This document shows, in pieces, positions 40,937-53,800 of a stretch of 64,000 bases of DNA (position 1 is the stretch's first letter; every line of letters starts with the position of its first letter). This stretch comes from Pristiophorus japonicus (Eukaryota). The stretch spans positions 1 to 64,000 of the forward strand of contig NW_027254484.1 in the NCBI RefSeq assembly GCF_044704955.1, given 5' to 3'. Below the pieces are notes generated by a model. That model was not told the DNA's origin. It ran no database searches and saw only the letters and a program-made list of their open reading frames with translations. The position numbers and the translations under genes were made by a program.

Positions 40937-43900
40937 AGTGACAGGGTCTGCGACTCCCGTATTGGACTATTCAGCCACCTTAGGCCTCGTTTTTAAGAGT
41001 GGAAACAAGTCTTCCTCGATTCCAAGTTGCTGCCTCTAACGATGAGATATAGACAAGTGATATTAACCCTTATACTCATTCCGTTCTATACTCTCTGCCC
41101 CAATTTAAACAGAGAGAGATATTTTACGATATTTAGCCATTAATATTGATTCATTATCCCCAAGTGCTCCATGTGCGAAGTATGAGATGTATTAAAATAC
41201 AGACACTAATATTAACCCCGTCAATATGCCCTCTCTCACTCACTGCCCCAATTACAGCATAGTTAGAGACATAGAAACATAGAAAATAGGTGCAGGAGCA
41301 GGCCATTGGGTCCTTCGAGCCTGCCCCACCATTCAATATGATCATGGCTGATCATGCAACTTCAGTACCCCACTCCTGCCTTCTCTCCATACCCCCCTGA
41401 TCCCTTTAGCCGTAAGGGCCACATCTAACTCCCTTTTGAATATATCCAACGAACTGGCCCCCAACAACTTTCTGTGGTAGAGAATTCCACAGGTTCACAA
41501 TTCTCTGGATGAAGAAATTTCTCCTCATCTCGGTCCTAAATGGCTTACCCCTTATCCTTAGACTGTGTGAGCCCTGGTTCTGGACTTCCCCAACATCGGG
41601 AACATTCTTCCTGCATCTAAACCTGTCCCGTCCCGTCAGAATTTTATATGTTTCTATGAGATCCCCCCCTCATTCTTCTAAACTCCAGTGAATATAAGCC
41701 CAGTCGATCCAGTCTTTCTTCATATGTCAGTCCTGCCATCCCGGGAATCAGTCTGGTGAACCTTCGCTGCACTCCCTCAATAGCAAGAATGTCCTTCCTC
41801 AGATTAGGAGACCAAAACTGAACACAATATTCCAGGTGTGGCCTCACCAAGGCCCTGTACAACTGCAGTAAGACCTCCCTGCTCCTATACTCAAATCCTC
41901 TCGCTATGAAGGCCAACATACCATTTGCCTTCTTCACCGCCTGCTGTACCTGCATGGCCAACTTTCAATGACTGATGTCCCATGACACCCAGGTCTCGTT
42001 GCACCTCCCCTTTTCCTAATCTGTCACCATTCAGATAATATTCTGCCTTCCTGTTTTTGCCCCCAAAGTGGATAACCTCACATTTATCCACATTATACTG
42101 CATCTGCCATGCATTTGCCCCACTCACCTAACCTGTCCAAGTCACCCTGCAGCCTCTTAGCATCCTCCTCACAGCTCACACCGCCACCCAGCTTAGTGTC
42201 ATCTGCAAACTTGGAGATATTACATTCAATTCCTTCATCTAAATCATTAATGTATATTGTAAATAGCTGGGGCCCCAGCACTGATCCCTGCGGCACCCCA
42301 CTAGTCACTGCCTGCCATTCTGAAAAGGACCCGTTTATCCCGACTCTCTGCTTCCTGTCTGCCAACCAGTTCTCGATCCCCGTCAGTACATTACCCCCAA
42401 TACCATGTGCTTTAATGTTGCACACCAATCTCTTGTGTGGGACCTTGTCAAAAGCATTTTGAAAGTCCAAATACACCACATCCACTGGTTCTCCCTTGTC
42501 CACTCTACGAGTTACATCCTCAAAAAATCCCAAAAGATCTTTCAAGCAGGATTTCCCCTTTCATAAATCCATGTTGACTTGGACCGATCCTGTCCCTGCT
42601 TTCCAAATGCGCTGCTATTACATCTTTAATAATTGATTCCAACATTTTCCCCACTACTGATGTCAGGCTAACCGGTCTATAATTACCCATTTTCTATCTC
42701 CCTCCTTTTTTAAAAGTGGGGTTACATTAACTACCCTCCAGTCCATAGGGACTGATCCAGAGTCTATCGAATGTTGGAAAATGACCACCAATGCATCCAC
42801 TTTCTGTGGTAGAGAATTCCACAGGTTCACAATTCTCTGGGTGAAGAAGTTTCTCCTCATCTCGGTCCTAAGTGGCTTACCCCTTATCCTTAGACTGTGT
42901 GAGCCCTGGTTCTGGACTTCCCCAACATCGGGAACATTCTTCCTGCATCTAAACCTGTCCAGTCCCGTCAGAATTTGACATGTTTCCTGTCAGATCCCCC
43001 TCTCATCCTTCTAAACTCCAGCGAATATAAGCCCAGTCGATCCAGTCTCTCCTGATATGTCAGAAATTAACCCCTCGATGATGTCCTTTCTCACCGGCTG
43101 CCCCAATTGAAGCACAGCGAGCTATTTCGGAGATACATGAATGCAGAAAGATTCAAATGCATCCCAGGTTATCCCAAGTGAGATATATTAATATACCGGC
43201 AGTAATATTAACCCTTGAAGGTCACCCTCCCTCACACCTTGCCTCAATTGAGAGAGAGTTGGCGGTATTGAGGTATATATTAATATACAAAGATTAATAT
43301 TGGTTCCTGATGATCCCAAGTGCTATACATGAGATATATTAATATACCGGCAGTAATATTAACCCTTGAAGGTCACCCTCCCTCACACCTTGCCTCAATT
43401 GAGAGAGAGTTGGCGGTATTGAGGTATATATTAATATACAAAGATTAATATTGGTTCCTGATGATCCCAAGTGCTACACATGAGATATATTAATATACAG
43501 GCAGTAATATTAACCCTTGAAGGTCACCCTCCCTCACACCTTGCCTCAATTAAAGCAAATTGAGGAATTTTAACATATTTCGAGCTCTATTCAAAGAAAA
43601 ACATTAATATTGCTGCCTGGTGATTGCAAGTGCTATATATGAGATATATTAATATACGGGCAGTAATATTAAGCCCTCACTGATGCCCTCCCTCCATCCC
43701 TGCCCCAATTGAGGGAGTTTTGGAGCTATTTCGAGACATATTAATGTACAAACAGTAATATTGACCCCCAGCCACTTGGCCTCAGTGCCCCAGGGCCCTC
43801 TTGCAGCATTTATTCAGGTGCATTGATCCCTGGAGCACCCCACTAGTTACTGATTGCCGACCCGAGAATGAACAGTTGTCCCGACTCTCTGTTCTCTGTT

Positions 43901-44928
43901 AGTGAGCCCATCCTCCATCCGTGCTAATATATTACCCCCAAACCCCGCGAGCTTTTATCCTGCGCAGTAACCTCTCATGTGGTACTTTATCGAAGGATTG
44001 CTCAAACTCCCTTCGGTCACTGAGCAGGGAAGGAGGTTTGGGTCCACTGGGATTCTCACATCAGAAATAGGAGCCAGGAGTGGGCCATTCGGCCCCTCGA
44101 GCCCTGCTCCGCCATTTAATACCATCGTGGCCTGATCCGATCATGGACCCAGCTCCACTTCCCTGCCCGCCCCCTTATCGGTTAAGAAACTGTCTATCTC
44201 TGTCTTAAATATATTCAATGTCCCGGCTTCCACAGCTCTCTGAGGCAGCGAGTTCCACAGATTTACAACCCTCAGAGAGAAGAAATTCCTCCTCATCTCA
44301 GTTTTAAATGGGCGGCCCCTTATTCTAAGACCATGCCCCCTAGTTCTAGTCTCCCCCATCAGTGGGAACATCCTCTCTGCATCCACCTTGTAGAGCCCCC
44401 CTCATAATCTGATATGTTTCGATAAGATCACCTCTCATTCTTCTGAACTCCAATGAGTAGAGGCCCAACCTCCTCAACCTTTCCTCATAAGTCAACCCCC
44501 TCATCCCCGGAATCGACCGAGTGAACCTTCTCTGAACTGCCTCCAAAGCAAAGTGTGTCCTTTGGTAAATACGGAGAGCAAAACTGTGCACGCAGTACTC
44601 CAGGTGTGGCCTCACCGATACCCTGTGTAACTGGAGCAAGACTTCCCTGCTTTTATACTCCATCCCCCTTTGCAATAAAGACCAAGATACCATTGGCCCT
44701 TCCTGATCACTTGCTGTACCTGCGTACTAACCTTTTGTGTTTCATGTACAAGTAACCCCCAGGTCCCGCTGTACTGCCGCACTTTGTAATCTTTCTCCGT
44801 TTAAATAATCGCTTCCTTCTTCTCTCGCAACCAGAGGCTCCATTCAGCTCACCAGGCAATGTGGGGAAATGCAGCACACAAACATAACGCTCCCCATCGG
44901 GGTCAGAGTGGGGGCAGAAAACCATCTT

Positions 44929-44934
44929 TTTATT
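44929..44934 (-). terminator. Putative poly(A) signal of ZNF copy 3
   Basis: AATAAA (minus strand) in the same context as the other two copies. Confidence 0.6.
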
Positions 44935-46872
44935 GATCACAGCAGGTTTGTACAGCGGNNNNNNNNNNNNNNNNNNNNNNNNNNNNNNNNNNNNNNNNNN
45001 NNNNNNNNNNNNNNNNNNNNNNNNNNNNNNNNNNNNNNNNNNNNNNNNNNNNNNNNNNNNNNNNNNNNNNNNNNNNNNNNNNNNNNNNNNNNNNNNNNNN
45101 NNNNNNNNNNNNNNNNNNNNNNNNNNNNNNNNNNNNNNNNNNNNNNNNNNNNNNNNNNNNNNNNNNNNNNNNNNNNNNNNNNNNNNNNNNNNNNNNNNNN
45201 NNNNNNNNNNNNNNNNNNNNNNNNNNNNNNNNNNNNNNNNNNNNNNNNNNNNNNNNNNNNNNNNNNNNNNNNNNNNNNNNNNNNNNNNNNNNNNNNNNNN
45301 NNNNNNNNNNNNNNNNNNNNNNNNNNNNNNNNNNNNNNNNNNNNNNNNNNNNNNNNNNNNNNNNNNNNNNNNNNNNNNNNNNNNNNNNNNNNNNNNNNNN
45401 NNNNNNNNNNNNNNNNNNNNNNNNNNNNNNNNNNNNNNNNNGTGGAGAGACAGAGCGACCATCACATACAACAGCAGACATTTTTCAGGAGGAGACCTTC
45501 GATCGAGAGCTGACTCGGGTCTCCCTCTCACCCCTCACCCCGCCGTCTCGCATTCCGCGCTCCGGATTTCAACCCGCTTCCCACGCCCGGGCCCCTGTTC
45601 CCAGGCACGAACGCGCGGGTGCAGGCTATTTGACTGGAGGGGCATCAGGCCCACGGTTGAGACGTTGTTTCTCCGCCCTCCCCAGCGCGGAGGGAGGGAG
45701 GGGGTGGGCGGGGGGATGTGTGTGTGTGTGTGGGGAGAGGGTGGGGGGGGGAAAACACGTGTGGCCTTGCCCCTCCCCTCCCCACCCACACGTGAGCCTT
45801 CCGGAGGTAGGGAGCAGGAACGCTCGTATCGTCTCACGCCCCCGGTCCGCGCGCCTGTGCGGGGCGTGTGCGAGAGCGGGGCTCTCTGTACCCGTCGGGG
45901 CAGTGGGGGGTGGGGGTAAGGAGCACGAGGTGATCTGATTGGTGTTTGCCTTGAGATGGGATTTGTGAGGGACGGGGTAGGGGAGAAGAGGGCGAAGGTG
46001 AGCACGGGCGGGGGAGGGGTCGAGTTCGAAGGGGTCATGAGTCCGCTTGACCTGCTCCCCCCACCAGACCCCCCACCCCGACCCCAGCTTGCAAACGGCG
46101 CCCTCTTCAGGGGAGGTGGGGAGCGGGCGGCGATGCACGCCGCAGTCGAATAGCCCGCCGCGCGGCACGAGGGGCTTGTGGGGGTGCGGGGAGGCGGGGG
46201 AGCTGTGCGGTCCGCGATCGAGGGATAATTCAGTGTTTGCAACGTGCAGTAGGGGGAGGGGAGAGGGAACGGCGGGGGAGGGGAGGAGAGGGGACGGAGG
46301 GGGAGGGGAGGAGAGGGGACGGAGGGGGAGGGGAGTTGGAACCAAGTCCCCACAAGACCCCCTCGACCTGCCCAGCAACGACCGGATCCTAGCCCCGCCC
46401 ACTCTTACCCCAACCCCTCCCCCGCCCTCCCGTGGGTGGGGGGAGGGGGTTAAGCCCCCACCCCAGCCCCCCCCCCTCGGTCAGCGGGGACAGGGCAGGG
46501 CCCGGTCGGCCGCGTGGCGGGGGAGGTGACAGGCCAGCTCAAAGGCCCGGGCAAAAGCCTCGGGGCAGTGGGGGCAGGGAAAGGCGGGCTGGTGCTGGGC
46601 CGGGCGACGGCAACGGTGGCCGAGCAGCTCCACCAGCCGGCCAAAGTCGCGGCCGCACAGGGCGCAGTCGTAGGGGCGGGGGGCGGCGGGGGCGTCCGGG
46701 CTGGCCGCCCGCGCAGGGAGGGGGGCGTCCGAGGTGCTGGCCTCCGGGGGTTGGCGGATGTCAGCATACGGGGCCTCGTAGCCCTGCGGGAGTTCCAGGC
46801 CTTGGGCCTGCGGGGGTTCGCGGTTCTGCGCACGCGCCTCCTGTAAGCCCTGTGGGAGTTTGAGGCCTTGGG

Positions 46873-47660
46873 CCTGTGGTAGTTGCCAGCTCTGCGCATG
46901 CGCATTTTCCAAGCAATGTGGTAGTTGCCGGCTCTGCGCATGCGCATTCTCCGAGCCCTGCGGCAGCTGCCGACTCTGCGCATGCGCATTTTCCGAGCAA
47001 TGTGGTAGTTGCCGGCTCTGCGCATACGCATTCTCCGAGCCCTGCGGCAGCTGCCGGCTCTGCGCATGCGCATCCTCTGAGCCCTGCGGCAGCTGCCGGC
47101 TCTGCGCATGCACATTCTCCGAGCAATGTGGTAGTTGCTGGCTCTGCGCATGCGCATTTTCCGAGCTATGTGGTAGTTGCCGGCTCTGCGCATGCGCATT
47201 CTCCGAGCCCTGCGGCATTTGCCGGCTCTGCGCATGCACATTCTCCGAGCAATGTGGTAGTTGCTGGCTCTGCGCATGCGCATTCTCCGAGCAATGTGGT
47301 AGTTGCTGGCTCTGCGCATGCACATTCTCCGAGCAATGTGGTAGTTGCTGGCTCTGCGCATGCGCATTTTCCGAGCTATGTGGTAGTTGCCGGCTCTGCG
47401 CATGCACATTCTCCGAGCAATGTGGTAGTTGCTGGCTCTGCGCATGCGCATTTTCCGAGCTATGTGGTAGTTGCCGGCTCTGCGCATGCGCATTCTCCGA
47501 GCTATGTGGAAGTTGCTGGCTCTGCACATGCGCATTCTCCGAGCCCTGCGGGAGTTGCAGGCTCTGCGCATGCGCATTCTCCGAGCCCTGCGGGAGTTGC
47601 CGGCTCTGCGCATGCGCATTCTCCGAGCCCTGCGGCAGTTGCCGGCTCTGCGCATGCTGC
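46873..47660 (-). repeat. 42-bp coding VNTR x19
   Basis: 462 bp (11 units) longer than in copy 1. Confidence 0.95.
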
Positions 47661-48668
47661 TCCCCGGCCTCCGGCGTCGGTGGCCCACCCCGGCAGTGCC
47701 GGGCCCGGTGGCCCCTCAGCCCCCCGGGGGCCTTGAAGGCCCGGCCGCAGCGGGGGCAGGCGTGGGGGCGCAGCGGCGAGTGGGTGCGCCGGTGCCGGCC
47801 CAGCAGCGAAGGGCGGGTGAAGCCCTTGCCGCACTGGCCGCAGACGTAGGGCCGCTCGCCCGTGTGGAGGCGGGCGTGGTGGTCGCGGTCCCGCCCGCTC
47901 TTGAAGCGGCGGGGGCAGGAGGGGCAGGGGTAGGGGGCCCGGTCCGAGTGGGCCCGCAGGTGGCGGGCCAGCTCGTAGGGGTAGCGGAAGCCCTTGTCGC
48001 AGTGCGGGCAAGCGTGCCGCGGCGGGTCGGGCAGGTGGCGCCCCCGGTGCTTGAGCAGGTAGGAGGCGGTCTTGAAGCGCTTGGGGCACAGCGGGCACGG
48101 GTAGGGGGTCTGGTCGGTGTGGGTGCGCAGGTGCTGGGCCAGGTAGTGGGGCCGCTTGAAGCGCTTGTCGCAGCGGGGGCAGGGGAAGGGGGCCTCGTCG
48201 GTGTGAGTCAACCGGTGGCGGAGCAGCTCGTAGGAGTTGACGAAGCCCTTGCCGCAGGCCGGGCAGGCGAAGGGCCGCTCGTCGGTGTGGCTGCGCTGGT
48301 GGCGGAGGAGGTGGGAGGCCCGGCTGTACCGGCGGCCGCACTGGGCGCAGCGGAAGGGGGCGGGCAGCGGCGGGTGCAGGGCCACCCCCGTTCCTCCCCG
48401 GTGCAACGGCGACGAGGAGGCGGCGGAGGAGGAGGCGTGCTCCTGGAGCTCGGCCGCCCCCTCGAAGGTCAGCCGGCACAGCGGGCAGGAGAAGGGGCCC
48501 TGGCCGGCGTGGCCCGCCAGGTGGTGGCGGGAGAGGGCCTGGGGGTCGCAGAAGGACTTGCCGCACACGGCGCACTTGGGGCGCTCGGGGAGGGGGGCGG
48601 GCCCGTCCGCGTTGGCCGCCGTTGTCGGGCCGGGGGCCGGGCAGGGCGGGGCGGGCCCGAGCGAGGTC

Positions 48669-48916
48669 GGCGTCAACATTGGCGACGAGGCCCATGATGT
48701 CAACGTTGTCGTCAATGTTGGCGACGAGGCCCATGGCGTCAACGTTGGCGACGAGGCCAATGACGTCAACGTTGGCGACGAGGCCAATGGCGTCAACGTT
48801 GGCGACGAGGCCAATGACGTCAACGTTGGCGATGAGGCCAATGACGTCAACGTTGGCGACGAGGCCAATGACGTCAACGTTGGCGACGAGGCCAATGACG
48901 TCAACGTTGGCGACGA
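48669..48916 (-). repeat. 27-bp coding VNTR x9
   Basis: Counted from the translation. Confidence 0.95.
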
Positions 48917-49586
48917 GGGAGCGATCAATTCGGCGGAGGCTGCCACCGGCGCCCTCTGGTGGGTGCGCCGGTGACGGCGGAGCGTGCCGGGGTCGCGGAA
49001 GGCCCGCAGGCACTCGGGGCACGGGTACGGCCGCTCGCCGGTGTGCGAGTACTGGTGCCGCAGGAGGTGGGCCGAGCGGCTGTAGCCCTTGCCGCAGGCC
49101 CGGCAGCGGAAGGGGCGGCGGGGCGGGGGCCCGTGCTCGGCCCGGCGGTGGCAGGCCAGGCCCCGGGGCCGGGCGAAGCGGCGGGGGCAGGCGTCGCAGC
49201 GGTAGGGGCGGGTGGGGTCGTGGACCAGGGCGTGGCGGGCCAGCTCGTAGCGCTCCTTGAAGGACTTGCCGCACTGGGGGCAGGCGAAGGCCGAGGGCCG
49301 CCCGTGACGGCGCCGGTGCTTCTGGAGGTACCAGGGCGTGGCGAAGCGCTTGGGGCACAGCGGGCACAGGTACGGGCGCTGGCGCTCGCAGGAGTGGCGG
49401 GCCAGCAGCTCGGGCAGGGCAAAGTCCAGGCCGCAGGAGCGGCAGCGCTGCGCGTCGCCGCGCGGGTCCGGCGCGCCGGCGGGCGGCGTCGTCGGCGGCG
49501 GCGACGGCGGCGGCCGGCAGCGGTGGCGGGCCAGCAGCGGGAAGTAGCCGAAGCCCCGCCCGCAGGAGGAGCAGATGAAGGGCGTG

Positions 49587-49905
49587 GCGACGATCGCACA
49601 CCTCTGCCAGCAAACCTCCTTTCCCCCCCCCCCCCTCTCACCCCTGCCCGCAGACCCCCTTGCTCTTTTGTTTCTCCTCCTCCTCTTCTTCCCGAGGGGG
49701 GCGTTGGGGGGAGGGGGGCAGGAGCGGGGGAACAGCCCACGGAGAGAGAGAGAGGTCGGTGTCTCTCGCTGGCCCTGCAAGGGGTGGGGGGGGGGGGGGG
49801 AGGAGGAAGACGGGCGAGCGTTGAGACAATGCAAATGGCCGACGCGCGCGCTCCCCACCCCCGCACACACCCCCTCCCCCCCCCCCCACACAAGTCTCAC
49901 AAGGG
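49587..49905 (-). promoter_or_regulatory. Residual distal promoter region of ZNF copy 3
   Basis: Homologous to 21495-21810; octamer at 49829-49836. Confidence 0.4.
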
Positions 49906-50488
49906 GGCGGGGGGGGGGAGTCTGGATTCCGAAACATTCCGAATTTTGGAACTCTGGATTTTAGACGCTCAAAAATCAATATTGACCCCGGAATATCCCA
50001 AGTGCCCCAATTAATATATTTTGAGCTTTATCAATATAGAAGAGTAATATTATGCCCCTGAATAGTTCCCTCGCTGACTCATTCCCCCGTTGGTGTATTT
50101 ACAGATAGATTGATGGACAGATATTGATCTCATTCCGTTGATATAAATCTCTCTGTAAATATATTCAGATATTGTCCGCATGTTCCCCTCCCACCCCCCA
50201 GACACCAGACTCCCGAAGCGAGCGCTCGACTCGGAACTCCTGCACGGGCGCGCGAGCCCCAAGGTGGGCAGAGGAAACGTTCTGCAAGGGACACACCCGC
50301 TCCCCTGATAAAGTGCAACACCCCCGCCCCCCACCACCGACACCTGGGAGTCCCCCCTGGCCCAAAGACCAGTCCGCCCCCGAGTGGAGGAAGTGCATCC
50401 GGGAGGGCGCCGAGCACCTCGAGCCTCGTCGCCAATTGCGAGCACGCAGAAAGCAAGCGCAAGGCAGCGGAAGGAGCGTGCGGCAAAC

Positions 50489-50854
50489 CTGTCCCACCCT
50501 CCCCTTTCCCTCAACGTCTCTCTGTCCCACCCTCCCCTTCCCTCAACGTCTATCTGTCCCACCCTCCCCTTCCCTCAACGTCTATCTGTCCCACCCTCCC
50601 CCTTTCCTCAACGTCTATCTGTCCCACCCTCCCCTTTCCCTCAACGTCTATCTGTCCCACCCTCCCCTTCCCTCAACGTCTATCTGTCCCACCCTCCCCT
50701 TCCCTCAACGTCTATCTGTCCCACCCTCCCCTTCCCTCAACGTATATCTGTCCCACCCTCCCCTTCCCTCAACGTCTATCTGTCCCACCCTCCCCTTCCC
50801 TCAACGTCTATCTGTCCCACCCTCCCCTTCCCTCAACGTCTATCTGTCCCACCC
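50489..50854 (+). repeat. 32/33-bp RTE-derived VNTR (~11 copies)
   Basis: Same unit as 9880-10052. Confidence 0.95.
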
Positions 50855-53800
50855 CGTGACAGGGACTGCGACTCCCGTATTGGACTATTCAGCCTCCTTA
50901 GGCCTCGTTTTTAAGAGTGGAAACAAGTCTTCCTCGATTCCAAGGGGCTGCCTCTAACGATGAGATTTAGACAAGTGATATTAACCCTTATACTCATTCC
51001 GTTCTATACTCTCTGCCCCAATTTAAACAGAGAGAGTTATTTTACGATATTTAGACATTAATATTGACTCATTATCCCCAAGTGCTCCATGTGCGAAGTT
51101 TGAGATGTATTAAAATACAGACACTAATATTAACCCCGTCAATATGCCCTCTCTCACTCACTGCCCCAATTACAGCATAGTTAGAGACAGAGAAACATAG
51201 AAAATAGGTGCAGGAGCAGGCCATTGGGCCCTTCGAGCCTGCCCCACCATTCAATATGATCATGGCTGATCATTCCCTCAGTACCCCACTCCTGCCTTCT
51301 CTCCATACCCCCCTGATCCCTTTAGCCGTAAGGACCACATCTAACTCCCTTTTGAATATATCCAACGAACTGGCCCCCAACAACTTTCTGTGTTAGAGAA
51401 TTCCACAGGTTCACAATTCTCTGGGTGAAGAAGTTTCTCCTCATCTCGGTCCTAAATGGCTTACCCCTTATCCTTAGACTGTGTGAGCCCTGGTTCTGGA
51501 CTTCCCCAACATCGGGAACATCCTTCCTGCATCTAACCTGTCCAGTCCCGTCAGAATTTTATATGTTTCTATGAGATCCCCTCTCATTCTTCTAAACTCC
51601 AGTGAATATAAGCCCAGTCGATCCAGTCTTTCTTCATATGTCAGTCCTGCCATCCCGGTAATCAGTCTGGTGAACCTTCGCTGCACTCCCTCAATAGCAA
51701 GAATGTCCTTCCTCAGATTAGGAGACCAAGACTGAACACAATATTCCAGGTGAGGCCTCACCAAGGCCCTGTACAACTGCAGTAAGACCTCCCTGCTCCT
51801 ATACTCAAATCCTCTCGCTATGAAGGCCAACATACCATTTGCCTTCTTCACCGCCTGCTGTACCTGCATGGCCAACTTTCAATGACTGATGTCCCATGAC
51901 ACCCAGGTCTCGTTGCACCTCCCCTTTTCCTAATCTGTCACCATTCAGATAATATTCTGCCTTCCTGTTTTTGCCCCCAAAGTGGATAACCTCACATTTA
52001 TCCACATTATACTGCATCTGCCATGCATTTGCTCACTCACCTAACCTGTCCAAGTCACCCTGCAGCCTCTTAGCATCCTCCTCACAGCTCACACCGCCAC
52101 CCAGCTTAGTGTCATCTGCAAACTTGGAGATATTACACTCAATTCCCTCGTCTAAATCATGAATGTATATTGTAAATAGCTGGGGTCCCAGCACTGATCC
52201 CTGCGGTACCCCACTAGTCACTGCCTGCCGTTCTGAAAAGGACCCGTTTATCCCGACTCTCTGCTTCCTGTCTGCCAACCAGTTCTCGATCCACGTCAGT
52301 ACATTACCCCCAATACCATGTGCTTTAATGTTGCACACCAATCTCTTGTGTGGGACCTTGTCAAAAGCCTTTTGTCAGTCCAAATACACCACATCCACTG
52401 GTTCTCCCTTGTCCACTCTACTAGTTACATCCTCAAAAAATCCCAGAAGATCTTTCAAGCATGATTTCCCCTTTCATAAATCCATGCTGACTTGGACCGA
52501 TCCTGTCCCTGCTTTCCAAATGCGCTGCTATTACATCTTTAATAATTGATTCCAACATTTTCCCCACTACTGATGTCAGGCTAACCGGTCTATAATTACC
52601 CATTTTCTATCTCCCTCCTTTTTTAAAAGTGGGGTTACATTAACTACCTTCCAGTCCATAGGGACTGATCCAAAGTCTGTCGAATGTTGGAAAATGACCA
52701 CCAATGCATCCACTTTCTGTGGTAGAGAATTCCACAGGTTCACAATTCTCTGGGTGAAGAAGTTTCTCCTCATCTCGGTCCTAAATGGCTTACCCCTTAT
52801 CCTTAGACTGTGTGAGCCCCTGGTTCTGGACTTCCCCAACATCGGGAACATTCTTCCTGCATCTAAACCTGTCCAGTCCCGTCAGAATTTTATATGTTTC
52901 TATGAGATCCCCCTCTCATCCTTCTAAACTCCAGCGAATATAAGCCCAGTCGATCCAGTCTCTCCTGATATGTCAGAAATTAACCCCTCTATGATGTCCT
53001 TTCTCACCGGCTGCCCCAATTGAAGCACAGCGAGCTATTTCGGAGATATATGAATGTAGAAAGATTCATATGGATCCCAGGTTATCCCAAGTGAGATATA
53101 TTAATATACCGGCAGTAATATTAACCCTTGAAGGTCACCCTCCCTCACACCTTGCCTCAATTGAGAGAGAGTTGGCGGTATTGAGGTATATATTAATATA
53201 CAAAGATTAATATTGGTTCCTGATGATCCCAAGTGCTATATATGAGATATATTAATATACCGGCAGTAATATTAACCCTTGAAGGTCACCCTCCCTCACA
53301 CCTTGCCTCAATTAAAGCAAATTGAGGAATTTTAACATATTTCGAGCTCGATGCAAAGAAAAACATTAATATTGCTGCCTGGTGATCGCAAGTGCTATAT
53401 ATGAGATATATTAATATACGAGCAGTAATATTAAGCCCTCACTGATGCCCTCCCTCCATCCCTGCCCCAATTGAGGGAGTTTTGGAGCTATTTCGAGACA
53501 TATTAATGTACAAACAGTAATATTGACCCCCAGCCACTTGGCCTCAGTGCCCCAGGGCCCTCTTGCAGCATTTATTCAGGTGCATTGATCCCTGGGGCAC
53601 CCCACTAGTTACTGATTGCCGACCCGAGAATGAACAGTTGTCCCGACTCTCTGTTCTCTGTTAGTGAGCCCATCCTCCATCCGTGCTAATATATTAACCC
53701 CAAACCCCGCGAGCTTTTATCCTGCGCAGTAACCTCTCATGTGGTACTTTATCGAAGGATTGCTCAAACTCCCTTCGGTCACTGAGCAGGGAAGGGGGTT

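Larger units (their letters stand above)
46481..49586 (-). pseudogene. Zinc-finger gene copy 3, 5'-deleted (ATG, finger 1 and proximal promoter lost), rest of the frame intact
   Basis: Junction GAAGGGCGTG|GCGACGATCG at 49586/49587 removes the equivalent of 21019-21494 (476 bp). The listed ORF start at 49900 is GTG; the first in-frame ATG is in SSPMLTP. Confidence 0.75.
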
